Shown: positions 28,846-43,008 of the stretch, one piece after another
Numbering within the stretch: position 1 is the first letter of the stretch
Layout of the letters: each line of letters begins with the position of its first letter
NCBI GenBank assembly: GCA_051294375.1
Contig: CM119266.1
Coordinates: 23,711,237-23,775,236 of the forward strand
DNA: 64,000 nt
Reading direction: 5' to 3'
DNA from: Paraspadella gotoi
Taxonomy: Eukaryota; Animalia; Chaetognatha
Made by a program: the position numbers and the translations under genes
Notes under the pieces: model-generated
The model's input: only the letters and a program-made list of their open reading frames with translations
Told to the model about the DNA's origin: nothing
Database searches by the model: none

Positions 28846-31800
28846 TTTTTCTCTCTCTCGCTTTCCTTACACACGAGAGAGGATCCCCTCGATTTACAGC
28901 ACCATCATCATTAAATTATTCATAATCGAACGGAATCGATTTACATATTGAGGGCCGACTCTATTTGTAAAAAGTGTCCGGATCCGGAGACATTCCGTCG
29001 ATCCCACTTGTTTTTTTTCGACCGCCTCTCTTTTTTTTTCTTTATTTCGAGCACAAAAACCTTATGCGTGTATTTATTTTCGAATTATAACTGATTTATT
29101 GGTCAATAATAGTCGTCCCTGTCTCGTCGTCGTCGTCGTCGTCCGTCTCTCGTCGTCGTCGCGTCGTCGTCGTCCGTCGTCGTCTCGTCGTCCATCAGAC
29201 TCTTTCCTATCATTGACGGCGAGGCGTGTTAACTGAAAAGTATTCGTGTTTTTTATTCGCTGTTTAATTCGTTGTTAAGGAAGATACCACCAGAAGCCAT
29301 AGAAGTTTATTATATGTCCGACCAATGATGATGGTCTGATTCAGAGGACATTTATTTGCTCTCAAAACTAGAATTTTTATTCGATTGTCTGTCTTCTATT
29401 TGTGACTATTTAAGCTTGTTGAAATCCATGTGTTTTAATATTTATTTTTTATTTTTAAAACGTGAGAGAGTGGGGGGGTGAGAGAGAGAGAGAGAGAGAG
29501 AGAAGCGAGAGAAGAGAGGAGAGAGAAGAGAGAGAAGAGAAAAATTTGAGGAGGTGGTAATTTATTGGATGAGCTGATAACAAAGTGTGGAAAATCTAAC
29601 GGTAAAAGAGATGAAATGTTGATCAAGGAAAAAGTTTAATCTTTCAGATTTATTTTATTTTTTTGTCGTATTATTTTTTAAACTTGTTGTTTTAATATTT
29701 TTAATAATTTAAACGGTATCGTAATACTGAAGATTGCATTTAGATTAAAAATTTATCAAACACTTGTCACAACCGGCTCTGCAATGACTGACTGATTTTA
29801 GTGATTCTTCAAGAAAAGGTTTCGGGTTTATACACAATTTTAATAGGGTAGTAAAATTTCTAATTTAACTTTAATTAATTAAATGAGACGAACAAATTAG
29901 TAATGAAATATTATAAAAAATTTATAATAAATTACAATTTCGCAGTAGGCCATATTTATATATCTAATCAAAATGTTAAATTCAAAACAGTTTTTTAAGT
30001 TTTTGAGATTTGGATTCGTCATAAAAGTTATAAAAAAATTAACCCACTTTGAAAATTCCTTCATTAAGTGGTACAAAATTAAAAAAAGTATATTTTAGCG
30101 AAATTATTTTTTTATATATTAAATATAGTTTTATTTTTACGGACTAATGAAGATTTTAAAAATAATTATATTTTCTTTATCAACTTTTACGAGAATTCTA
30201 ATCTGCAATCAAATTAAGAAAGCCTATTTTGAAATTTTCGATTTTATAAGGATATACTATATATAAATATAGCCTACGCGAAAATTAAAAAACATAAAAT
30301 ATCTTTTTTTACAAATTAGTTTACTGATGTATGTTGTACTAATTATTTAGAATTTCCTACGTAACTTCACTACCCTTAATCTTTAATCAGACTTGACTAA
30401 GATCGAAACGTTCAGCCTAATCGATAAACTATGGCGGTAGACTACTAGGTACACACGCATCAAATACAAAATTGTTTAAAATATGTCAAAAAGTCCGCGT
30501 CCGCTGAATGAGCGAATTTTCTCCTCGCTCTCTCAATCTTTTACTCTCTGTGCTTCTGATGACTGACGAACTGATTAAACGACAGACGCTGTTGTTTTTT
30601 CCTCTTTTCGCATCGTCGTAATTATTCTTACTTTTTTCCCACAGAAAGTTTTTTTTTCATCTCTGTGGCCGTGATCGTCAAAAATCCGATTTTGAAAAAA
30701 AAAAATATTTTTTTTTCATTTTCAAACAGATTATGGAATTTGGAAAAAAAATCATGGTATACGTCGTTTGTGTTTGTACGTAGAAAGAGGAATAAAGAGT
30801 TATTTATGTAAAAGATAAAACGAGTCCGATTATGTGTAATTAGGTTAGGCTATTGATTTCAGCTCGAAAATTGCAAGCGTAAAAAAATAGATGGAAGGAG
30901 TGAAAACGAAAGAGAGAGAACAGAGCGGAGAGAGAGAGAGAAGAAGAGAGGAGAAAAGAGAGAGAGAAGAGAGAAAGAAGAGAAGAGAGAGAGGAATGAG
31001 AGAGGAACTTTTTTGGAATTCTTTTGCAATAAAAACGAGATCAGCGCACTTGGCGAGAGAAGGGGCAGGGAGAATTAAGGTCAGTGAGTAAGTGAGTTGG
31101 AGGAAAAAATTTCATTTAGGAATTTAAAAAATTATAATTTGATTAAAAATTGAATGATGCAAATTATCGTTTTTAAGAGTTCGACGTTTCGTATTAGATA
31201 CAAGAAAGTAGAGATCCAATTCAGGGAGTACAATTTAAAAAAGACGACATAAGAAAGTAGAAACTAAATAGTTTGGAAAGGTTATCGTCGTTTCTCGAAG
31301 TCCGCAGTTGTTCAAGAAGCAGGTCGCGTCCCCACCCTCTCTGTCTCTGTCGTTCTCTGATTTCACTACTCTACTCACACCGTACCTCTTTTTTCTACGT
31401 CTCCTCCCTCTCCCTTCTTTTGAGCGAGCGGAAAAGCGGACGAAACGTGTAGAAACTCCTCTCTCTCTCTTACTACATCCGGATCCTCTCCACCATCCGG
31501 GAGGCCCAGACCCTCTAAGGAAAGAGTTTTTCGATATGGACCGAGTGACGAGCCCTTCTTCGCTGGGGTGTTGTCCTTCACTCGCAACGCCTCACCCTTT
31601 TCACCCCCACTCGCGGAGAGGTAAGGAAAGGCCGGAGGAGGTGAGGAATGTGGCGTGATGAGGTTAAATTTTGATCTTGGAGGCGAGGATAATAGGAGAA
31701 TAAAACGAAAGGAATTAAGAGCAAAACAAAAATACCTTTTTTTGTCGCAGAAGAGATAGAACCGAGATTTTTCGCCGCTGGAGCGTGATGTTGGGTTGTT

Positions 31801-33542
31801 GCGGAGTTGTTGCCGAATTGAACTTTATAATCATTAATACCTCGATTTGTGATTCACTTTTAAAAACGACATTCTTAGCTTTATCTAATATTTTATAATT
31901 TGTCATAAAGATAACAATCCCATATAAGTTAAAAAAAAACACGCCAATGATTCCCCCGTGAGTCATAAATCTGTGTCAAGGAAAAAAACGACTCCCAAAT
32001 CAAAAGTTGTCGTCGTCGTCGTCTCGTCGTCGTCGTCTCACCTCGCTGTTGTACCTGACTGGAAAACTCTCGATAAAGTTTTAGGCGACATAGAATAATC
32101 AAATCGATTGTGATAAGAATGAAAGATGAGAATTGATTTCGAAGTCGTTTCGAGATGCGTCGTTGCCGTAGTCTCGTCGCGTCGTCGCGTCGTTGTCTGG
32201 ACTCGCGCTACGGAAACTGGAAGAATATTTTTCAAGAACTGTAGGAGAGGGTGAATTTTGAATGAAGGAAGAGATTTTGTGATGTTAAGGTTTGCGTAGG
32301 CGTGATGGAAATGTGAGAGGTGAGGATTTTTATATAAATTAACGAGGATTGGAACGAGTTTAATTTTTCATAAATGATAAAAACAAAGAAACTAATCTAA
32401 GCAGTTTAAGATTTTCAGAAAAAAATTATAAAACTAGGCTATAACTTTTAACTCAAAAAATTTTAAAATTAGGAATTTAATTAAAATTAAATTTAAATTT
32501 AAAGTTTAAAATTTAAAAGTTGTATAATAAGTTTTAATTATTCAGCATACATTCTCGTTTCGTGTTTTCTAATTTTCTCTCTCTATCTCGCTTTATATTT
32601 CCATGTTATATTAACACCTTTTTTTTCTCCTCCCTTTTTCCCCACCATTCTACTTTTGCTCTTCTCTCCTTTTCTCCCCTTCCGCTTTCCCACTCAGTTC
32701 CTTTTCACTCCCCATCCTTCCCCTTCCTCTTTTCCTTTTTGAGGTATTCAGAGAGGTCATATCTTATCTCAACCTCATGGTGTCTTCTCTTTTCTCTTTT
32801 CCCTTTCCTCATTGCTTCCCTTTTCCCGCTTTATTTCGCATCTTCATTTTTCAAAAATGCCCTCGTAACATTCGAGAATTTCTCTTTCACTCAATTCCAA
32901 AGACTCTCTCTCTCTCTCTCTCTCCTCCTCTCTCTCTCTCCTCTCATTCTCGCCTAGCGTGTGCCAAGAATAGCGTTTGCAGTTCCCTTTTTTCATTTCA
33001 GAAAGATTCCAATTTTAAAACCCTAGCCGTTATAATTTCCGCCAGACTCTCTTCGTCCGACGCCCGTTTCCCGAAACTCGAATTTCTTCATAATATTATT
33101 TGTTTACAATAAATGACGCATTTGCCGCTTCCGGAAAATTGAGGAGCGTCTTGTGGAGGCATGAAAATAAACTTGCCCGAATTCAAAACTAAGTTTTTAT
33201 TCTTAGGGTCCGTCAGAAATGTTATCTCTTATTGCGTAAGCAATCCTAGGTCTTAAAACATCTAAACTCCAAATAGCAAATCCAAAGTCAGCAATATAGC
33301 TATTTATTAAATGAATTGATACTTTATTATTGGTTGCACCAATTTATAACCAAAATAATGATTGAATTATGGCGCAAGCTGTCTTGAAATTATTACTCCT
33401 CTCAAAAAATAGACGATCGAATGAATGAGGGTTTTTTCGTTCGAATTTTCGAGTTTTTGGAGAGGCTCGTCAAACGAGGCCGACGAGAAACCTTTACCAT
33501 ATCTCTTTTCATGTTATTACGGCATTAAATTTCATGCCAAGA

Positions 33543-33608
<66 letters not shown>

Positions 33609-34706
33609 CGAAACAGTAGAGGAGGAGGAGTCGAAATAGAATCGAGTGATTACTGTTCAACCGGCGCTGGACCTTTGATGATTTGAGAGAGAGAGACGAG
33701 AGAGAGAGGAGAGAGAGAGAGAAGAGAGAGAGAAGAGAGAGAGAGAGAAGAAGGAAAGCCGTAAATTGGCGAGATTCTATTGCGGGTGTTTGTGACGTTG
33801 AAAATCGCGACGTGATTCATGATTGTTACAGAAGCAGGGTCTGATTTATTTTAATAAAGGTTCGGACTATTGTTGGCATCGGACCTTTCAGTATAGTTAA
33901 AAGTTAAGACTACGTTATAGAATAGAACATTATTTAATCTTTCGGCTCAAGTAAAAAGGGTTGTAATTCGCTATCATTTTTTGCAGTTGATCATTTTCAA
34001 TTAGCGAGTTGAAGAAGTTACATTTATAGACGTTCAGGTAATTAGAGTTACAGTAATTTTTTTCACATAAACTTTTCCGTCAGTCGTGTTCAAAAAAGAA
34101 AACAAATATAACGAAAGCAAAGCTGCAGATGAATTACAATACTTGATGATATCGTGATGAGAAATATAAAATAATAAACCAATTATTTTTCTAACATAAA
34201 ATGTTGCTCATATTATGACATAAAATCGACCAAATTGCTGGAACTGTATCCCCTTAATTTTAGCTTCTTTCACCTTTGCTTCACAGTCTGTGTCGTCCTT
34301 TTAATCGATATCGTGATGATTAGAAACAAAGTATTTTCTCATGTCCTCTTTTTTTCTCTGTTTCTTTACTGGTCACTTTCGCCCTCACCATTAAAGACTC
34401 TTCGGTCTCACGGGTTTAAAAGCGGCGACGAAATATATCGATCCAAAGGCCGAAAATTCCCAGCCCAAACTTACCTTCGCATTTGTCGTTCGAACTTCGC
34501 ACGAGTCGCCAATCGCTCATAAAGCAAACGTCAAGGCAAATCTGCACAAATTCCCAATTCAAAAAATAGTACAATTTAATTTCAAAGTAGCGCTTTAAAC
34601 GATTCAACGTTTCACTATCTCTCCGTTTAAATTTTATAATAAAACAAACAAAAAAAAAACAAACCGAATCGTTCCTTTTCAACTTTCGTTTTCCCCCCAA
34701 CGAAAC

Positions 34707-36072
34707 ATGGCGTTGTCCAAGTCGCCCGAGACTCCCTCCCGCCAATACATCGCCGCCGTCGATGGCTTCCGCTCCGATTCATCTTCCTCCGGTCGTGACT
34801 CTGTCTCCCCTCTCCGGATCCTCTCCGACTCTTCTACCGATTCCTCCTCTCTTCTCTCTCTTCTCCCTCTCTCAAACCCCGACGCGCCACCAAGCTCTTC
34901 CTCGCGGTCTCAACCGGGTCACGACATCTCGCAACGTCTACGATTACTTCTCGCGTTCGGCGGCGTCCGCAAGCCGTCGTCAAGGAGGATGCTGCCACGA
35001 AGAAGTCGAGAGGCTTCGGGTTCGTCGAATTTGCCAGCGTCGATTCCGTGCAACGGTCTTCGAGTCCGCGCCGCACTTTTTGCAGGTTCTGGGGGATCTT
35101 TTTCTGATTGGGGCAATGTTTGAAGGTTGAAATGTGGCTTTATCATAGCTCTATTCTGATAACAATTTTTCCTGAACATTTATAACAAATATTCAAATAT
35201 GATTTTGCCCAAATTGTTTTACAAATTTTCTCTCACTTCAGCTTAAATGCAGCAGTTTATTCAATTGATTCTTATGTATTGTGAATTTGAAAACTCCAGG
35301 ACAAAATGATCACTGCGCGTGCTCTCCCTCGAGGCGACTCTGAGCTCCGCCCGGCCAAACCTCGAAAGCTCTTCATCGAGGACTTCCTCAAGGCGTCACG
35401 AATCGGAAGTCCGCGCCGCTTTCGAGCCTTTCGGCATTGTGGAGTCGTGCAGATCATGTACGACCCGAGTTCCATCCCCACCCAGACGCTCCGCAGCGAC
35501 ACCGCGGTTTCGCCTTTCTTCTTTTCGTCGAGGGCGACGACGCGGAGCGCGTCGTGCAGCGGCGCTACTTTTTCGTCGCCGATCGGCTCGTGGAGGCCAA
35601 GCGGGCGCTCCACGGACGCTACTGGGTTCGTGAATTATAAGTTACGATTAGTAACCCTTTATTCATTAATTTAATTATTGATTTAATTCATTTATTATTA
35701 ATTAAGACTTTTAAAAAAATTCAAAGAGGCACTCCTTATTCTATTATAATTTCTTAACATTTAAACGCAAAAAAAAAAAACCCAAACTAATTCAAGGATC
35801 AGTGCGACTCCGCCTACTTCTCCATCAACTCGACCCTCCTCGTTCCGATCTTCCCCATCACATTGACGAATACAGCCTCTACAGCATTTTCGGCGCTTCG
35901 GTCGCGTCGAGGAGGTCAGGTGCTCGCGACGACCCCGAAGCGACGGGCACGCGCCATCCGGCTACCCCTCATCACTTAGGCCCGCCCCAAGATGCATTGG
36001 GCTGAGGAAGAGAAAAGCAGCTCTGTGTGGAGGATCGAACGGTGGCGCTGAGATTCGGCGAGGAGCCCACAG
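34707..36072 (+). pseudogene. Frameshifted copy of RRM gene exons 1-3 (probably an uncorrected-read assembly copy rather than a true pseudogene)
   Basis: Near-identical to 42619-44016, introns included, but with many 1-2 nt deletions. It lacks exon 4, and the duplicated block ends at a 25-N gap (36296-36320). Confidence 0.8.
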
Positions 36073-36535
36073 GTGTGGGAATTGGGATTTATATGGATAA
36101 TATTGACAGATTTATTTATACCTAATTTAAGTAAATGCGGTCTAATCAAATTGATTCAGTTTATTTTTATTTAATTGGCGTCTCAAGATCTGAAAGAAAA
36201 CAAGCAAACAAATAAAGTTACGGGAAATGGCTCAGAAATATCTTATGTCAACAATAAACGTGAACAAAAAAGAAAATAAAAAAGAAAAGAGGAGANNNNN
36301 NNNNNNNNNNNNNNNNNNNNCATAAATCGAACGCGAAATCGTCATTTACATATTTGAGTGGCCGACGTCTGATTTGTAAAAAGTGTCCGGAATCCGGAGA
36401 GCGATTCCGGTCGATCCCACTCTGGTTTTTTCGGACCGCCTCTCTTTTTTTTTTCTTTATTGTATCGAGCCACAAAAACCTTTATGGTCGCTGATTTATT
36501 TTCGAATTATAACTGATTTATTAGGTCATATAATA

Positions 36536-36613
<78 letters not shown>
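36536..36613 (+). repeat. (GTC)n microsatellite, representative of many (1-35, 1490-1575, 4841-4920, 39864-39897, 61545-61585)
   Basis: Direct reading. Confidence 0.95.
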
Positions 36614-36928
36614 TCAATCGTCCAGTCAGACTCTTCCTAGTCATTGACGGCGAGGGCGTTAGTTAACTGAAAAGTATTCGTGTTTTTTTATTCGACTAGT
36701 TTAGATTCGTTTGTTAAAGGAAGTAGCGACCACAGTAAAGCCCATAGAAAGTTTTATTATATGGGCCGACCCAATTGATTGAAATTGGGTCTGATTCGGG
36801 ACATTTAAATTTGCTCTCAAAAGCCTAGAATTTTTATTCGAATTGTCTGTCTTCCTATTTGTGACTATTTAAGCGGGGTTGTTCGACGATCCATTTGTTT
36901 TAATATCTTATTTTTTATTTTTAAAACG

Positions 36929-37049
<121 letters not shown>

Positions 37050-39865
37050 TTGAGGAGGTGGTAAATTTATTGGATGATGCTGATAACAAAGTGTGGAAAG
37101 ATGCTAACGGGTAGAAAAGGAGATGAAATGTATGAATCAAGGAAAACGTTTAATCTTTTCAGATTTATTTTATTTTTTTTGTCGTATTATTTTTTTTAAA
37201 CTTGTTGTTTTAATATTTCTTAATAATTTAAACGGTTACGTTAAATACTGAAGATTGCATTTAGATTTAAAAATTTATTCAAACAACCTTGTCACACTCG
37301 CTCTGCAACTGAGCTGACTGATTTTAGTGATTCCTTCAAGAAAAGGTTTCGGGTTTATGACACAATCTTTAATAAGGCGTAGTAAAATTTCTAAATTTAA
37401 CTTTAATTAAAATTCTAAAAGTGAGGAACGAACAACATTATACTAATGAACATATATATATAAAAAAATTTATAATAAATTTTACAATTTACGCAGTAGG
37501 CCATATTTATACTAGTACTAATTCAAGAAATGTTAAAATTTCAAAACAGTTTTTTAAAGTTTTTTTTGCAGATTTGGATTCGTCATAAAAGTTATAATAA
37601 AAATGTAACCCCTTTTGAAAAATTCCTTCATTAAGTGGTCAGTAAATTAAAAAAAGCTATATTTATAGCTGAAATTAATTTTTTATATATTAAATATAGT
37701 TTTTTTTAATTTTTAACGGACTTAATGAAGAATTTTTAAAAATAATTATATTATCTCTTTTATGCACACTTTTAGCGAGAATTCTAAATCTTGCAATCAA
37801 ATAAGAAGAGCCTATTTTCGAGAATTTTCGATTTATAAGGATAGTACTATATATAAATACTAGCCTACTGCGAAAATTCAAAAAAACATAAAATAATTTT
37901 TTTTACGAAATTATGTTTGACCTGGATGTTGACATAATTAGCTTTAGAATTTGCCATTGACGTAACTTTACACTAATCCGCCTTAAAATCTTTAATCAGC
38001 AACTTGACTAAGATACGTAAACGTTCAGCCTAATCGATAAACTTATTGGCGGTAGACTAACTAGGTAACAACCACGCATCAAATACAAAATTTGTTTCAA
38101 AAATATGTCAAAAAGTCCGCGTCCGCGTGAAAGTGAGCGAATTTCTCTCCTCGCCTCTCTCAATCTTTGTACTCTCTGTGACTTTCTGATAGACTGACGA
38201 ACTGATAAACTGACAGACGCTGTTGTTTTTTCCCTCTTTTCGCATCTCGTAAATTTAATTTCTTACTTTTTTCCCCACAGAAATGTTTTTTTTCATCTCT
38301 GTGTCACGTGATCGTCAAAAAATCCGATTTTGAATAAAAAAAAAATATTTTTTTTTTCATGTTTTCAAACAGATTATGGAATTTTGGAGAAAAAAAATCA
38401 TGTGTATGACGTCGTTTGTGTTTGTACCGTGAGAAAAGAGAGAATAAAGAGTTAATTTTATGTAAAAAGATAAAACGAAGTCCGATTATGTGTAAATTAG
38501 ATTATGGCTATTGAATTTTCAGCTCGAAAATTGCAGAGGCGNNNNNNNNNNNNNNNNNNNNNNNNNNNNNNNNNNNNNNNNNNNNNNNNNNNNNNNNNNN
38601 NNNNNNNNNNNNNNNNNNNNNNNNNNNNNNNNNNNNNNNNNNNNNNNNNNNNNNNNNNNNNNNNNNNNNNNNNNNNNNNNNNNNNNNNNNNNNNNNNNNN
38701 NNNNNNNNNNNNNNNNNNNNNNNNNNNNNNNNNNNNNNNNNNNNNNNNNNNNNNNNNNNNTTTTGCAATAAAAACGATGAGTCAGGCGCGACTTGGCGGA
38801 GAGAAAGGGGGCAGGGGAGAATTAAGGGTGTAGTGAGTAAAGTGAGTTGGAGGAAAAAATTTCATTTTAGTGAATTTGTAAAAATATATATTTGATTAAA
38901 AATTGGAATGATGCAAATTTATAGTTTTTTAAGAGTTCTACGTTTCGTAAGTTAGATACAATGAAAAAGAGAGAGTCAATTCAGGGAGATAAAAATTTTA
39001 AAGAAAGACGACATTAAGAAAATGTAAGAAACTGGAAATAGTTTTGGGAACGGGGTATTCGTCGTTTCTCGAAGAGTCGCCGAGTTTGTTCAAGAAGCAG
39101 GTCGCGTCCTCGACCGTCTCTGTCTCTGTCGTTCTACTGATGTTCACGTGACCTCTACTCACTACCCGCTACCTCTTTTTCTACGTCTCCCTCCCTCTCC
39201 CTCTGTTTGAGCGAGCGCGAAAAGCGAGACGAATTCGAGTGTGAATGAAAATCTCTCTCTCTCTCTCTACTACATCCGGATCCCTCTCCGACATCCGGGA
39301 GGCCCGAGACCCGATTCTAAGGAAATGGGTTTTACGATTATGGACCGAGTGACGGAGCCCTTCTTTCGCTGGGGGTGTTGTCCTTCATACTCGGCGAACG
39401 CCTCACCCTTTTCACCCCCCAACCTCCGCCGGAGAGGGTAAGGAAAGGCCGAGAGGAGGGTGAGGTGAATGTGGCGTGAGTGAGCGTGAAATTTTGAATC
39501 TTTGGAGGCGAGGGATTAAATAGGAGAATGAAAACGAAAGGAATTAAGAGCAAAACAAAAAATAGCCGTTTTATGTCGGCAGAAGAGAAGAACCTGAGAT
39601 TTTTTTCGCCGCTGGAGTCGATGATGTTGGAGTTGTTGCTGGAGTTGTTGCCGGAAATTGAACTTATAATGATGAAAACACCTCGACTTTTGTGATTCAC
39701 TTTTAAAAACGACCATTTCTTAGCTTTATCTAAGTATTTATAATTTGTCATAAAGATAACAAATCCCATTATTAAGGTTTAAAAAAAAAACACGCCAATG
39801 ATTCCTCCGTTGAGTCATCAAATCTCGTCGGAAGGAAAAAAAAACGACTCCCATAATCAAAAGTT

Positions 39866-39900
<35 letters not shown>

Positions 39901-40777
39901 CCTCGCTGTTGTTACCGACGTCGAAAACTCTCGATTAAAGTTTATGGCCGGACATAGAATAAATCAAATCGATTGTGATAAAGAATGAAAGATGAGAATT
40001 GATTTCGAAGTCGTTTGCGAGATTGCGTCGTTGCCGTAGTCGTCGTCGTCGTCGTCGGCGTCGTTGTCGTGAGACTCGCGCTACGGAAACCTTGGAGAGA
40101 ATATTTTTCAAGGAAACTGTGAGGAGAGGGTGAATTTTGAATGAAGGAATCGAGAGTTTTGTGATGTTAAGGTTTGCGTAGGCGTGATGGAAATGTGAGA
40201 GGTGAGGATTTTTATTATAAAATTGAAACGAGGAGTTTGGAACGAGTTTAATTTTTCATAAATGATAAAAAACAAACGAAACTAAGTCTAAGCAGTTAAG
40301 ATTTTCAGAAAAAAAAATTATAAAACTATGGGCTATACTTCTTAACTCAAAAATTTTAAAAGTTTAGAATTTAAATTAAAATTAAAATTTAAATTTAAAG
40401 TTTAAAATTTTAAAAGTTTGTAATAATAAGTTTTTAATATTTCAGCCTACATTCTCGCTTCGTGTTTTTCTAATTTTCTCTCTCTTATCTCGTCTTATAT
40501 TTTTCCTGTTCCTATTTAACACCTTCTCCCTCTTCCGCTTTCCCACCTCAGTTTCCTTTTCCACCTCCCCCCATCCTTTCCCCCTTTCCTCTTTTCCTTG
40601 TTGTGAGCGTATTTCAGAGAGGCAATATCTTATCTCCAACCGTCATGGCTTCTCTTTTCTCTTTTCTCTTTTCCCTTTCCTCATTGCTTCCCTTTTCCCG
40701 CTTTATTTCGCATCTTCATTTTTCAAAAGATGCCCTCGTAACATTTCGAGAATTTTCTCTTTCACTCAAATTCCAAA

Positions 40778-40819
<42 letters not shown>

Positions 40820-41616
40820 CTACGCCTAGCGTGTGCCAAGAATAGCGTTTTGCAGTTCCCTTTTTTTCATTTCAGAAAAGATTCCAATTTTAAAACCCTA
40901 GCCGTTATAAATTTTCCCGCCAGACTCTCTTCGTCCGACGCCCGTTTCCCCCGAAACTCGAATTTCTTCATAATTTATTTTGTTTACAAATAAATGACGC
41001 ATTTGCGCTTCCGGAAAATTTGAGGAGCTGTCTTGTGGAGGCATGAAAATAAACTTTGCCCGAATTCAAAACTAAGTTTTTATTCTTTAGGGTCCGTTCA
41101 GAAATGTTATCTCTTTATTGCGTAACAATCCTAGGTCTTAAAAACATCTAAACTCAAATAGCAAATCCAAAGTCAGGGGCAATATAGCTTATTTATTAAA
41201 TGAATTGATACTTTTTATATTGGTTGCACCAATTTTATAACCCAAAATAATGATTGAATTTTGGCGCAAGCTGTCTTGAAATTATTACTCCTCTCAAAAA
41301 ATAGACGATCGAATGAATTGAGGGTTTTTTTCCGGTATCGAGATTTTTCGAGTTTTTGGAGAGGCTCGTCGAAACGAGGCCGACGAGAAACCTTTACCAT
41401 ATCTCTTTTCATGTTATTAGCGGCATTAAATTTCTATGCCAAGAATAGAGAGAGAGAGGAGAGAGAGAGACGCAGAAGAACGAGAGAGCAAGAGAGAGAG
41501 AGAGAGAGAGAGAGGCGAAGACAGTAGAGGTAGGAGGAGTCCGAAATAGAATCGGAGTGATTTGACTGTTCAACCGGCGCTGGACCTCTTGTGATTTAGA
41601 GAGAGAGAGGAGAGAG

Positions 41617-41653
<37 letters not shown>

Positions 41654-42618
41654 GCCGTAAATTGGCGAGATTCTATTGCGGGTGTTTGTGACGTTGAAAA
41701 TCGCGACGTGATTCATGATTGTTACAGAAGGCAGGGTCTGATTTATTTTAATAAAGGTTCGGACTATTGTTGGCATCGGACCCTTTCAGTATAGTTAAAA
41801 GTTAAGACTACGTTATAGAATAGAACATTATTTAATCTTTCGGCTCAAGTAAAAAGGGTTGTAATTCGCTATCATTTTTTTGCAAGTTGATCATTTTCAA
41901 TTAAGCGAGTTGAAAGAAGTTACATTTATAGACGTTCAGGTAATTAGAGTTACAGTAATTTTTTTTCACATAAACTTTTCCGTCAGTCGTGTTCAAAAAA
42001 GAAAACAAATATAACGAAAGCAAAGCTAGCAGATGAATTACAAATACTTGATGATATCGTTGATGAGAAATATAAAAATAATAAACCAATTATTTTTCTA
42101 ATAAAATGTTGCTCATATTATGACATAAAATCGACCAAATTGCTTGAGAACTGTATCCCCTTAATTTTAGCTTCTTTCACCTTTGCTTTCACAGTCTGTG
42201 TCGTCCTTTTAATCGATATCGTGATGATTAGAACCAAAGTATTTTCTCATGTCCTCTTTTTTTCTCTGTTTCTTTTACTGGTCACTTTCGCCCTCACCAT
42301 TAAAGACTCTTCGGTCTCACGGGTTTAAAAGCGGCGACGAAATATATCGATCCAAAGGCGAAAATCTCCCAGCCCAAACTTACCTTCGCATTTGTCGTTC
42401 GGAACTTCGCACGAGTCGCCAATCGCTCATAAAGCAAACGTCAAGGCAAATCTGCACAAATTCCCAATTCAAAAAATAGTACAATTTAATTTCAAAGTAG
42501 CGCTTTAAACGATTCAACGTTTCACTATCTCTCCGTTTAAATTTTATAATAAAAACAAACAAAAAAAAACAAAACCGAATCGTTCCTCTTTCAACTTTCG
42601 TTTTCCCCCCAACGAAAC

Positions 42619-43008
42619 ATGGACGTTGTCCAAGTCGCCCGAGACTTCCCTCCCGCCCAATACATCGCCGCCGTCGATGGCTTCCGCTCCGATTCATCTT
42701 CCTCCGGTCGTGACTCTGTCTCCCCCTCTCCGGGATCCTCTCCCGACTCTTCTACCGATTCCTCCCTCTCTTCTCTCTCTTCTCCCTCTCTCAACCCCCG
42801 ACGCGCCACCAAGCTCTTCCTCGGCGGTCTCAACCGGGTCACGACATCTCGCAACGTCTACGATTACTTCTCGGCGTTCGGCGGCGTCCGCCAAGCCGTC
42901 GTCAAGGAGGATGCTGCCACGAAGAAGTCGAGAGGCTTCGGGTTCGTCGAATTTGCCAGCGTCGATTCCGTGCAACGGGTCTTCGAGTCCGCGCCGCACT
43001 TTTTGCAG
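42619..43008 (+). CDS. RRM gene exon 1 (Ser-rich N-terminus and most of RRM1)
   Basis: ATG at 42619; ends PHFLQ|gttctg. Confidence 0.88.

Noticed and set aside
41752-41800. Small hairpin aaaggttcgg...tcggaccctttcagtata with faint iab-4-3p similarity (also at ~33855)
   Set aside because: The stem is only ~10 bp, too short for a pre-miRNA.
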